Source: Gammaproteobacteria bacterium
GTDB taxonomy: Bacteria; Pseudomonadota; Gammaproteobacteria; Eutrophobiales; Eutrophobiaceae
Direction of reading: 5' to 3'
Assembly (NCBI GenBank): GCA_965116495.1
Contig: OZ220696.1
Location: 256,001 to 320,000 of the forward strand
Length of the DNA: 64,000 bases
Part shown: positions 1 to 9,096 of the stretch, in pieces
Numbering within the stretch: the stretch's first letter is position 1
Layout of the letters: every line of letters starts with the position of its first letter
Position numbers and translations under genes: made by a program
The notes under the pieces: model-generated
Seen by the model: only the letters and a program-made list of their open reading frames with translations
Told to the model about the DNA's origin: nothing
Databases searched by the model: none

Positions 1-530
1 CTCCAATCAACCAAGTCTTCAACTTTCAGTTTCTTTTTAGGCCAGCGAGGCATCCAGGCGGGAGGTTCTGCAGGAAAGCCGACGCCGATGCACAGGCTGG
101 GGTCCAACTCGTCCGGCAGATCCAGCAACACCCGCAGGGCTTCCGTGCTGAATGAAGTCATGGGGCCGGCGACCAGTCCGGTTGCATGCGCGGCCAGGAG
201 CATATTCTGCGAATAGTGTCCGACGTCGTAATAGACCTCTTCATAGCTCTTTACCAGGCAGTCATGGCCGGCCAGCGTCCAGTCGATGCAAATGAAGATC
301 AGTGCAGACGGTAACCCGGCAACCATTCCCGGGAAAAAGAGCTTGATTTTTTTAATCAGGTCCTTATCCGTTATACAGACAAAACGGTGAACGCGCATAT
401 TGCCGCCTGTCGGCGCCCAGCGCCCCGCTTCCAGAATAGTCCATAACATCTCATCGGGTACGGCCTTGTCCTGGTCGTAGTATTTGGCGACCCGTCTGGT
501 ACGGATCGCTTCCAGTGTGTCAAGCGTCAT
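1..530 (-). CDS. Nitroreductase family protein (3' end runs off the window)
   Basis: Not in the ORF track; translated by hand from ATG at 530: MTLDTLEAIRTRRVAKYYD...LEAGRWAPTGGN...DVGHYSQNMLLAAHATGL, the typical nitroreductase RR / APxxxN / QN-LLAA motifs. Start overlaps the end of the upstream ORF. Confidence 0.85.
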   Translation of the reverse strand, partial: MTLDTLEAIRTRRVAKYYDQDKAVPDEMLWTILEAGRWAPTGGNMRVHRFVCITDKDLIKKIKLFFPGMVAGLPSALIFICIDWTLAGHDCLVKSYEEVYYDVGHYSQNMLLAAHATGLVAGPMTSFSTEALRVLLDLPDELDPSLCIGVGFPAEPPAWMPRWPKKKLKVEDLVDW

Positions 531-858
531 TGTTGCTCTCCCCGAAGTCTCTCTCCTTTACGATTTGGGCCAGTTCAGTGATTTTTTCGCTCAAATATTG
601 TTTGAAAGCATCGAGGTCGCCGCCCTGCGTCCGGGCAGATTCGACCGGCATCCGTTTATTCAGGTCATCAAGGAATTGCGCCAGGTCTCCGGCGGATCTT
701 GGCGCCCACATGCCGGCCATCCGATCAGCGACGCTGACCATGCGCAGTACCGCATAATCCGGCGGTTCCTTGAGCAGGCCCTGGGCACTGGTCAGGATGT
801 AAGCGATTAATTCTATCGCTTCGTCTTCATTCAATGTGATGTTGTCGTCGTTATTCAT
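520..858 (-). CDS. Small helical hypothetical protein (resembles DUF6092)
   Basis: 112 aa, AGAGG SD upstream, coupled to the nitroreductase. ELIAYILTSAQGLLKEPPDYAVLR recalls DUF6092 (from memory, unverified). Confidence 0.6.
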   Translation of the reverse strand: MNNDDNITLNEDEAIELIAYILTSAQGLLKEPPDYAVLRMVSVADRMAGMWAPRSAGDLAQFLDDLNKRMPVESARTQGGDLDAFKQYLSEKITELAQIVKERDFGESNNDA

Positions 859-866
859 ATTCCTCT

Positions 867-2063
867 TTACTGTTGTGCCAGGTCTTTGCGGTCTACATAG
901 GTAAATACGCCGGCGCCGGTGATGAAAACCAATGCAGTGATAGTGAGCATGGCAGTAACACCCCAGAATTCCAGGGCAAAACCGTTGATGACAGGGCCGA
1001 TTACAGAGCCGAGAGCTTCACTCGCGGGGATCAATGCAACGAAACGGCCAACCTTATCAACTTCGGCTATCAGCGCCATAATCAGACAAAAACCGGCGTT
1101 TATCCAGAATTGGAATGAGCAGACGAGAACCAGATAGATCATATCCGATAAAGAAAGCCCATCCAGTAAAAGCAAGGTTAATACAATACATAGAATCGTA
1201 ATGCCATAGCCGTAATACATGGGAATACGTCTGCGAAACCAGGCAGCCAACGGTGCGCCTATTGCGCCAAACAGAGTACCAATCGCTAAAGCATAACCAG
1301 TTGCCGCGGGCGAGAGATCGGCATAATGGGCAATCCTTTCAAAAAATGTCCATGCCCCACCGAATCCCAGTGTGAACGTTACCATCACCAGGTGAGCCAG
1401 CAAAGGTTGGGAGATAAGGCCTTTGCCTGTCTCAACGCTCCCCAATTTGTTTTCGGTAATTCTTACGGGCGATTTTTTGTCTGAATTATTGCCGACGGGA
1501 ATGATTGGGATTAAAAATAATGATAATAGTGTCGTTCCGCACATCAGGTAAACCACGCCGGCAAAACCGGCAGATCCGCTTGCCCAGGGGAACAGTGCCA
1601 ATAATACGGCCGCGCTGCTCACGGAACAGATGATCATAGTGCTGAAGCCTTTCTCCGGCCTGGAACCGTCACCGAGTATGGTGATGGAGGGCGAAGCGAA
1701 TAAGCCGCTGCTTAAACCGTTCAGCAAATTTAACCAGATCAGTGCCGGGTAATTCTCCGTCATGCCCATCAGGGCAAATGTGAGGCCCATCAGTACAATT
1801 CCGACCGAGCAGGTAACCCGCCAGTTTACTTCCCTGATCCAGAGGTAGGCGCTGGCCCCCGAGAGTCCGAATCCGGCAAAGAATACGCTGGCAAAAATTC
1901 CCAGCCGTGATTCCGGCCATTGGAATGATTCGGCGGCGGCGCCGACTATTCCCGGCGTGACTGCCCCCGGCATAACGGCAAATGAAAACAGGAGGGCGGC
2001 AGCGAGGATAACCGGAAAACGATCCACATCAGGGTTTGCCGCCCCTGTGGTGATTGCAGTCAT
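867..2063 (-). CDS. MFS transporter
   Basis: 398 aa, about 12 hydrophobic segments, WTFFERIA motif shared with the other MFS proteins here. Confidence 0.85.
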   Translation of the reverse strand: MTAITTGAANPDVDRFPVILAAALLFSFAVMPGAVTPGIVGAAAESFQWPESRLGIFASVFFAGFGLSGASAYLWIREVNWRVTCSVGIVLMGLTFALMGMTENYPALIWLNLLNGLSSGLFASPSITILGDGSRPEKGFSTMIICSVSSAAVLLALFPWASGSAGFAGVVYLMCGTTLLSLFLIPIIPVGNNSDKKSPVRITENKLGSVETGKGLISQPLLAHLVMVTFTLGFGGAWTFFERIAHYADLSPAATGYALAIGTLFGAIGAPLAAWFRRRIPMYYGYGITILCIVLTLLLLDGLSLSDMIYLVLVCSFQFWINAGFCLIMALIAEVDKVGRFVALIPASEALGSVIGPVINGFALEFWGVTAMLTITALVFITGAGVFTYVDRKDLAQQ

Positions 2064-2779
2064 GATATGCGCCGTGAAATACCTAGCGGTTCAGGGTAAC
2101 TGACCCGGCTTGGCGATAAATCCAAATCTACAAGGGCTTCCGCAAGTTTTACGGCCGCCGAAGGACCGTCAACGACAGGGACCGGGCAGTCTTTTTCGTG
2201 GAGCCGTTCCTGTAATCGTTGTGCCAGGTGCGACGTTAATGTGCATGCAGGTATTATTACATGAGCACGATCCTCGACAATTGCAGCTATCGCAGTTTGT
2301 TCGAGAACGTCCAGTGTTGTTGCATCACTGGAGCGGATACCTTCAAGACCACAGGACAGGTAGCGAATTGAAGCAAGCATTGGTGCCAATTGGTGATGCG
2401 CCACCAGCCGTTCCATCAGCGTTATTTGCTGTAAGGGGTATAAAATTGAAAATTTGTAACCTAATGTGGCCGCCAGGTTCATGGCGGCATGCCCCGGCCC
2501 GATTACCGGTATATCTACCAGGCGCCGGCCTTCTTCCACGCCCGGGTCTTCCATACAGTCAATGATGACGGCATCCGCCATGTCCTGCTCTGCTTCCATA
2601 ATTTGTTGCAGGATTTCCGGTAACATAAAACTGTCACTGGGATCAGCCTCCGGCGGTACCCGCTTATCCAGCAGGCGCGTACTGACCTGCGTGCCGGGTC
2701 TTGCCCAGCGTGCGTAAAGGGCCTGCCTGTCGGCCAGCAAGTCAGGGTTTGAGGTGGGCAGGACGACGCCGATCTTCAC
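2060..2779 (-). CDS. Asp/Glu/hydantoin racemase family protein (paralogue 1)
   Basis: IIDCMEDPG and IPACT catalytic Cys pair, PVIG, PVVDG. Confidence 0.85.
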   Translation of the reverse strand: MKIGVVLPTSNPDLLADRQALYARWARPGTQVSTRLLDKRVPPEADPSDSFMLPEILQQIMEAEQDMADAVIIDCMEDPGVEEGRRLVDIPVIGPGHAAMNLAATLGYKFSILYPLQQITLMERLVAHHQLAPMLASIRYLSCGLEGIRSSDATTLDVLEQTAIAAIVEDRAHVIIPACTLTSHLAQRLQERLHEKDCPVPVVDGPSAAVKLAEALVDLDLSPSRVSYPEPLGISRRIS

Positions 2780-2788
2780 AGGTCAATC

Positions 2789-3514
2789 TCATGGGTGAAT
2801 TATTTTTTTCCGGGGCGGGTCGGGGTAAGTCAGTTTGCTGTGACACAGGCGCAGGTCAACCAGGCTCTCAGCCAGTTTCACCGAGGCCGCCACCGGGTCG
2901 ATGACCGGCACGTTAAAACCTTCTGCCGCCAGGTTTGATTTTATCTCCCCGACTATACCGCTCAGGCCTGTGCAATCAAATGTGATGGCTTCGGCGCGAT
3001 CTTCCGTCAATGCCAGCAAGGCTGCCTCTGTCATGGCACGGATGGATTTTTCCCGATCCTGGAATAATTCAAGCACCGGCATATTCATTACCCTTACGGA
3101 TGCAACCCGGTCCAGCACCCCATAAACACGGAACATGCGGTCCAGGTCAGGGATGTCCCGTTCCAGAATGGCCACCACGGAAAATTTTTGTGCCAGCGCA
3201 GTGGCAAGAGAGAAGGCGGCCTGGGCGACGCCAATCACCGGAATCGATGCAAGTTCCCTGGCTGCATCCAGACCTGGGTCGGATGCGCAGTTGATAATTA
3301 CCGCATCCATCCCGTCCGCCTGGGCTTTTTCCACCTGGCGCAAGGTGTCCGGCAGGGCCAGTGCTTCGTCGTATTCACTTTCTATAGATGCGGGGCCGCG
3401 TTCGATAATGACGTGGGAAAGTTTAGTATCAGGCCGGGCAACAGAGCCAAACTCACGCTCGCTTTCAGCGAGGACTTCCCTGGTGATGACCGGAGTGATG
3501 ATACGGATTTTCAT
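2789..3514 (-). CDS. Asp/Glu/hydantoin racemase family protein (paralogue 2)
   Basis: GPASIES, INCASDPG, FDCTGL, PVIDP. Confidence 0.9.
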   Translation of the reverse strand: MKIRIITPVITREVLAESEREFGSVARPDTKLSHVIIERGPASIESEYDEALALPDTLRQVEKAQADGMDAVIINCASDPGLDAARELASIPVIGVAQAAFSLATALAQKFSVVAILERDIPDLDRMFRVYGVLDRVASVRVMNMPVLELFQDREKSIRAMTEAALLALTEDRAEAITFDCTGLSGIVGEIKSNLAAEGFNVPVIDPVAASVKLAESLVDLRLCHSKLTYPDPPRKKIIHP

Positions 3515-3529
3515 GATTCAAGAGAGTGA

Positions 3530-4573
3530 TTATTTCCGTAACAGGGGCATCACTTCCTCGGCAAACAGGCGCATGCCGCCCAGCCAGCGGCCCGCCCATC
3601 CGGAAAAACCACCGGTATCCACGTCAACATCATCACAGGCCACGAAGGAACACATCATTTCATTAAACCCCTTATCGAAAACTGCTGTCTGTAATTTTTC
3701 CGCTATGGTATCAGGACGTCCGAATACCATCAGGTCGGGGTCGGCCCCTTCAGGTACGATTGCCTGTGTCGCGGTCTGGGGTTCCGTATCGATGGGAAAA
3801 CTGGTAATTTCGTGAACATTCTTTCTCGCCTTTGCCTCGTTCTCATCGTTGCGAAATACAATGTAGGCTGAACGCAAGGCAGTATAGTCTTCCTCACTAC
3901 GGCCTGCTGCCTGCCACTCTTCCTGAAACGCGTTCACTACAGTGCGCACTGTTTCTTCATGACCCCACATCATTGCCAGGGCATCACCCTGTTGCGCGGC
4001 AATTCTCGGCATTAATCTTTTACTGGTATTACAGGCAATATAAATCGGCGGGTTTGGTTTCTGTATGGGTTTGGGACTTAATATGGCATCTCTCAACTGG
4101 AAATGCTCGCCGGCGTAATTGGCAAGTTCCTCAGTCCACATGCACTTCATCACTTCGATGGTTTCTATCAGTATCTGCCGTCTCTCCTGAATAGTGTCGG
4201 GGAAGCGCTGTCCGATCATCTCATACTGGTGCCAGTCGTCCCCGGCGCCCAGTCCGACGCTGACACGGCCATTGGAAATAACGTCGATCGACGCAATGGT
4301 CTTTGACAGCAAGGGGGCGAATCGTCTTACTGCCGGGGTGGCCATGGATCCTAAGCGGATGGTTGTCGTGCTTGCTGCAATGGCTGATAGAAAACTCCAG
4401 GTGTCAAAAATCTCGATGTCTCTCGGGATGGGTGCATGGCCGGTAATGTTGTCCTGGGTCCAGATGGCTTCAAAGCCGAGTTGTTCCGCTTCCCGGGCAA
4501 CGGCCTGGTAGAAGGGAAAAGTAAAACCGCTGCCGTAACCCATGAACAGGCTGAATGTTCGCTTGTTATTCAT
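3530..4573 (-). CDS. LLM-class flavin-dependent oxidoreductase
   Basis: AEQLGFEAIWTQD, TTTIRLG, ISNGRVSVGLGAG, PKPIQKPNPPI, LFAEEVMP. Confidence 0.9.
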   Translation of the reverse strand: MNNKRTFSLFMGYGSGFTFPFYQAVAREAEQLGFEAIWTQDNITGHAPIPRDIEIFDTWSFLSAIAASTTTIRLGSMATPAVRRFAPLLSKTIASIDVISNGRVSVGLGAGDDWHQYEMIGQRFPDTIQERRQILIETIEVMKCMWTEELANYAGEHFQLRDAILSPKPIQKPNPPIYIACNTSKRLMPRIAAQQGDALAMMWGHEETVRTVVNAFQEEWQAAGRSEEDYTALRSAYIVFRNDENEAKARKNVHEITSFPIDTEPQTATQAIVPEGADPDLMVFGRPDTIAEKLQTAVFDKGFNEMMCSFVACDDVDVDTGGFSGWAGRWLGGMRLFAEEVMPLLRK

Positions 4574-4639
4574 CCGGTTTACCCAGAGACCTGCCCGATC
4601 ATTTTAATCACCACACGCAAAAATGGGGAACCTGCGTCC

Positions 4640-4664
4640 GGGGACAGATTTGAAATCTGTCCCC
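4640..4664. repeat. REP-like palindrome GGGGACAGATTT-G-AAATCTGTCCCC
   Basis: Perfect 12-bp inverted arms in the intergenic gap of a co-directional run. Confidence 0.8.
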
Positions 4665-4693
4665 TATGGCAACATAAACGCGGCCATGGCAGC

Positions 4694-5776
4694 TCATACA
4701 TCACAGAATATCCTGCCGTTTTCTGCAAATACATCATCGTCAAGCAGGATCTTTGGCTGCAGGACTGTCCAGTCCCAGTGAACGGATGATTTACTCAATG
4801 CCATATCCAATTCCATATCTCCAATGTTGCTGAGCATACTCAGGTCACCCATGCCGCAGGTGATGGAACTGTAGACTCGTTCCCATTCCTGGCTCTGGGT
4901 GAGTAGGGCATTGGGGTTATTGCCGATATTGAAATGCACCGGGCCGTTATAAGCGCCGTCATCGCCTAAGTCTTCCAGCCATTGTTCCAGGCGTGAGGCA
5001 AGCACAGGGTCACCGCCTATATTAACCAGGCGGCCTTTCTCAAAGGTAAGACGGACAGGAGTATCCGGTTTTTCGTGATAGTCAGGGTGGTACAACAGGG
5101 TTCCGTCTACATTAATGGTTCCGTTGCCAAGTCCCATGGGCACCAGTACTCCAGGCTGGGCGGGAGGCAAAAATGCCCATGGCGCTTTCCATTCTTTCTT
5201 GTCGGGGTCCCACAGAAACCCGTCTCCCGCGGCGCCGTCAAGGTCAGCTATATCCAGGGTAAACTCATCTTGTCCGGTGGATACGGTACAGAACTTTGCT
5301 TCGGTAAAGCGTTCGGCAATCCGGTCCGCGTGCCGCCTGATCGCGTGAATATCGGTATGCAGCATGGTGCGGATCAAAACATCATCCATAAACGGCCCAC
5401 CAATGCCGTCACCCGGACAGAGGATGCGTGCCCCATTATTAATGGCATCGATGATGAATGTTGCATAGCCTACTGCCATATCGATAATCAGGTCGGCTTC
5501 CAGAGCCGCCGCGGCCAGCATGGACGGCCAATGTGAGCCGGGTTGGTAGGTCGCACCGCCTCTCGGAATACGGCATTCAACCCGGATGGCCTCTGCTCCC
5601 ATTGTCTGCGCCAGCCCGTGAAACGTTGCAACGACATAATCAGGCGTGCGGGCATCGCTGATAATCAATACCTTGTGCTCCGGTTGCAGGTTACAGACGT
5701 CCCTGTATATCAGGTTTACAACTTCAATAAAATCCGGTTTGAGCCTGGATGAGTTGTCAGGTGTAATGGCTGCCAT
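4694..5776 (-). CDS. M29-fold (NicX / thermophilic aminopeptidase-like) metalloenzyme, paralogue A
   Basis: Likely start MAAITPD (ATG at 5776 with GGAGG SD), not 5890. Motifs GTINVDG, GPVHFNIG, VHWDW. Confidence 0.75.
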   Translation of the reverse strand: MAAITPDNSSRLKPDFIEVVNLIYRDVCNLQPEHKVLIISDARTPDYVVATFHGLAQTMGAEAIRVECRIPRGGATYQPGSHWPSMLAAAALEADLIIDMAVGYATFIIDAINNGARILCPGDGIGGPFMDDVLIRTMLHTDIHAIRRHADRIAERFTEAKFCTVSTGQDEFTLDIADLDGAAGDGFLWDPDKKEWKAPWAFLPPAQPGVLVPMGLGNGTINVDGTLLYHPDYHEKPDTPVRLTFEKGRLVNIGGDPVLASRLEQWLEDLGDDGAYNGPVHFNIGNNPNALLTQSQEWERVYSSITCGMGDLSMLSNIGDMELDMALSKSSVHWDWTVLQPKILLDDDVFAENGRIFCDV

Positions 5777-5796
5777 GGTATTTAAACCCTCCGTTA

Positions 5797-6579
5797 TCAG
5801 TTTATGGTAATACGGTTGCCGACGGGTGGTTCGTCCTGAAACAGTCCGAATTCCTCTATACTCTCTTCGGGTGGCGGAGCACAGCTCCATTTTCGGCTCG
5901 GCTTCCAGCCGAACCTGTTTTTGATGTCTGCCAGGTGCTCTGCCGTTTTATAAGCCGCATAAACACTATCAACGACCGGTACATCCAGTTGCTCCTGTAG
6001 CTGCCGGTAAAAACCGAATTCAAGGGTACAACCGAGAATAATGCCTTCCGCAAAGTCATGTTTAATCGCTTCACCTGCATGCTGCAACATGGCTTGTTCC
6101 GTGAGTTGTTTATTGTGCAGGAAGTCGGTCGTAGTCAGGCCCATCGCCCGTATGGATGCCAGTTGTCTGCCGTAACCGTAATGATGAATATTGTCATGCA
6201 TCTGGTTCACTTCTTTCTGACTGCCGACAATGACGGAAAACCGGTTACACAGGTTGGCCATGATTTGAATACTGGCCTGGCAAGGTCCTACTACGACCAT
6301 TTCCCCGGATATTTCCCGTGCGTCGGCAAGGATGGGATCGTAAAAACAACCCAGTACTGCTGCATCATAATGGTTGTTTGCCGCATGGCGTACCAGGCGG
6401 ATGATATCGGTATAAAACAGCGCTTCATAGGCGCGGTATTCCAGGTCAACGGGGGAAGGCGATGTATTAAGTGATACCACATCCACTTCAGCCTCTGCTG
6501 ATTTAATATCCCTTATCAGAGCTGCGATTGCCTCATCGGCATAAGGCCGCCCCAAAGGATTAACCCAGATGATTTTCAT
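5797..6579 (-). CDS. Asp/Glu/hydantoin racemase family protein (paralogue 3)
   Basis: WVNP, LGCFYDP, ILGCTLEFG, PVVD. Confidence 0.9.
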   Translation of the reverse strand: MKIIWVNPLGRPYADEAIAALIRDIKSAEAEVDVVSLNTSPSPVDLEYRAYEALFYTDIIRLVRHAANNHYDAAVLGCFYDPILADAREISGEMVVVGPCQASIQIMANLCNRFSVIVGSQKEVNQMHDNIHHYGYGRQLASIRAMGLTTTDFLHNKQLTEQAMLQHAGEAIKHDFAEGIILGCTLEFGFYRQLQEQLDVPVVDSVYAAYKTAEHLADIKNRFGWKPSRKWSCAPPPEESIEEFGLFQDEPPVGNRITIN

Positions 6580-6768
6580 ATCGGTTTATTGGCGGAGTGG
6601 ACAAGGATACGGGAACAAGCATAACTGATGCTTTAACTGTAATCTATCAGATTGTTGAAAAGTAAAATTCGTGATTTTCACATGTACACGGAAAATGGGT
6701 TCACTTAAGGTATTCTGAAGGTAATCCAGAACAAAAATAACGGGTTTATTCCTGATACTATAGACAGC

Positions 6769-7854
6769 ATGGCTGAAACAACAGATGTCAGTACCGGATT
6801 AAAACCGGAATTTGTCGCGGTGGTCGATAAAATCTACCGTGATTTATGTAACCTGCAACCTGGAACCAGGGTATTGATCATCGCTGATTCCCGTACGCCT
6901 GAACATGTTGTTTCACTGTTTATGGGCATGGGCATGGCAATGGGCGCCGAGGTATCGGTATCGCGGAACAAGATGCCGCCACCGCCGTCATTGCAACCGG
7001 GATATGTGTGGAATCCCATGGTAGTAGCGGCCGCGCGTGAAGCGGACCTGATCGTCGACCTGGCTGTAGGCTATGCAGAGTTCATGGCGGAAGCGGTTGA
7101 GCGGGGCGCCCGGATTATTTCGCCGGGTGACGGTACCGGTGGGCATCATCTTGAAGATACCCTGATCCGGACCATGTTGAACGTGGACATACACGCCCTG
7201 CGTAAGGAAGCCCAGGAAATTGCTGAAATGTTTACTCAGGCAAACAGTTTGCGGATGACTTCGGAGGAGGGTACGGATTTCGAGTTGGATATTCAGGGAC
7301 TGGAAGGAATTTCATCAGATGAGTTCCTTTGGGACCCAGACCTGAAAAAATGGACGGGCACCTGGGCGTCGTTGCCGCCGGCAGCGCCGGGTATTGTTAT
7401 CCCCAAGGGCAGGGGCAACGGCGTGCTGGCCGTTGACGGTTTCCTGCTCTATGAACCGGCTTATGATCATGAAACGCCGAATTCGCCGATACTGCTGACT
7501 TTTGAACAGGGCAGGATCATGGATATCCAGGGGGCAGCCTTATTCCGGGATCGACTCAAGAACTGGCTGGATGCGCAACCGGACGACTCGCCGCGTTACG
7601 GACCTGTACACCTGAACCTGGGTACAAACTCAAGGGCTATGCTGACGCAACACCAGGAATTTGAAAAACTGCGCGGCACCGTTTGTTGCGGGATCGGTGA
7701 CAGCAGCCTGCTCACGCGTATGTGGCATGGTTCCGACCTTGAACCCGTCGTATCCCATATCCACTGGGACATATTGCTTATGCGACCCACGGTTATGCTG
7801 GATGAGCAGACTATCTGTGAAAAAGGCGTTATTCCTGCCGATTTAATAGTCTGA
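6769..7854 (+). CDS. M29-fold (NicX-like) metalloenzyme, paralogue B
   Basis: Clear paralogue of 4694-5776 (IYRDLCNLQP, ADLIVDLAVGYA, DEFLWDPD). Motifs GPVHLNLG, HWDI. Confidence 0.75.
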   Translation: MAETTDVSTGLKPEFVAVVDKIYRDLCNLQPGTRVLIIADSRTPEHVVSLFMGMGMAMGAEVSVSRNKMPPPPSLQPGYVWNPMVVAAAREADLIVDLAVGYAEFMAEAVERGARIISPGDGTGGHHLEDTLIRTMLNVDIHALRKEAQEIAEMFTQANSLRMTSEEGTDFELDIQGLEGISSDEFLWDPDLKKWTGTWASLPPAAPGIVIPKGRGNGVLAVDGFLLYEPAYDHETPNSPILLTFEQGRIMDIQGAALFRDRLKNWLDAQPDDSPRYGPVHLNLGTNSRAMLTQHQEFEKLRGTVCCGIGDSSLLTRMWHGSDLEPVVSHIHWDILLMRPTVMLDEQTICEKGVIPADLIV

Positions 7855-9057
7855 CTGGTTTCCTGCCTGGGCAGGAAAAGGTTGAGCACGTTCTTTATTG
7901 ATAGTTGAAAACACCAGAATAAGGATGGCGCTGATGATGAAACCAATAATCGTCATGAGGATGGATGAATCGAATTTACCATCCTCCAGGAAAAGTGAAA
8001 CCAGTGCCGGTCCGGAAGAAAAACCTAGCCACATGATCAGGTTCCCCCATAATACGCCGCGGCCTGACGGCGTCATTCGGCCCAGCAGGATAAAGTAATA
8101 CGGCGTGAGAAAGGTGATGGAGAAGTTGAACATCGCCGTGGCACAAAAAAAGACGGTTAATGATGCCGAGTGAAACAGGAAGAATGTACTTATCGTTATC
8201 AAAACCGTACCGGCCAGGATCGGCTTAATCTCGCCCAAACGGCCGCCGATCGCTGCCGCACAAAATACCCCTGCCAAAGCCACTAGTTGGCTAGCGCCCA
8301 CTACCGGGCCTACGGTTTTGGCGGCGTGGCCGTAAGAAACGCCAAGCCGTTCAAAGTAGGCCCAGATACCGGCATTGGCAGCGTAGTTTATGAACAATGC
8401 CAGCAAGAGAACACCAAGACCGAGCCATGGAACCTGGTTATCGGTTAGAGGTTTACTGTTTTCTTCACCTACAGGTAATGGGTGAGGGTCTTCCGGGTAA
8501 TACAACAGCAGGAAGGGTACGGCAGCAATACAGATCAGGATAATCGTGTAATAGGCGCCGGAGACGCCGTAATACGGGTAAATCAGGGGTAGAAAGGACA
8601 ACCCCAGGGCGCTCATGAAATAAGGTGAGCCGTATAGTATGGCGGTGGTTCGTTCCACGTCCCGGACCCTGGTGACGGCTATAGCCGCGGTACACCAGGT
8701 AATGCCGGCGACAAAACCGGATATGAAGCGGCAGGCGGAAAATATTGCCAGGCTGCCAAAAGCAAAGATGGTCATGAGGTTACACAGAACGAGTATGCAT
8801 AAACAGAACAGTGCAATCCGTTTAAGATTTAATCCCGGGCGGTGCAGGTACAAAGTGGATGCTACAGTGCCCAGTGATGTTGCCCAGAATTCCAGTGATG
8901 CCAGCCTGCCCGCGGTTTCCAGGGAGAATTCCAGGTAGTCGACCAGGGCGCCGATAATTGAAGGAGCGAATGGCGTAAACGCATTGCCGGCAGTACCGAC
9001 CATGAGGATACTGAAGGCGACTATAAGCCTGTGCTTAAGGTCAGTACTGTCTCTCAT
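7843..9057 (-). CDS. MFS transporter
   Basis: 404 aa hydrophobic, RFISG, IWAYFERLG. Confidence 0.85.
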   Translation of the reverse strand: MRDSTDLKHRLIVAFSILMVGTAGNAFTPFAPSIIGALVDYLEFSLETAGRLASLEFWATSLGTVASTLYLHRPGLNLKRIALFCLCILVLCNLMTIFAFGSLAIFSACRFISGFVAGITWCTAAIAVTRVRDVERTTAILYGSPYFMSALGLSFLPLIYPYYGVSGAYYTIILICIAAVPFLLLYYPEDPHPLPVGEENSKPLTDNQVPWLGLGVLLLALFINYAANAGIWAYFERLGVSYGHAAKTVGPVVGASQLVALAGVFCAAAIGGRLGEIKPILAGTVLITISTFFLFHSASLTVFFCATAMFNFSITFLTPYYFILLGRMTPSGRGVLWGNLIMWLGFSSGPALVSLFLEDGKFDSSILMTIIGFIISAILILVFSTINKERAQPFPAQAGNQSDY

Positions 9058-9096
9058 CGGTCCGGTTCATATCCATAATGCATAAAGGAACGGAAG

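Noticed and set aside
5777-5890. Long overlap between the M29-fold gene and racemase 3
   Set aside because: Paralogue alignment and SD place the start at 5776, which removes the overlap
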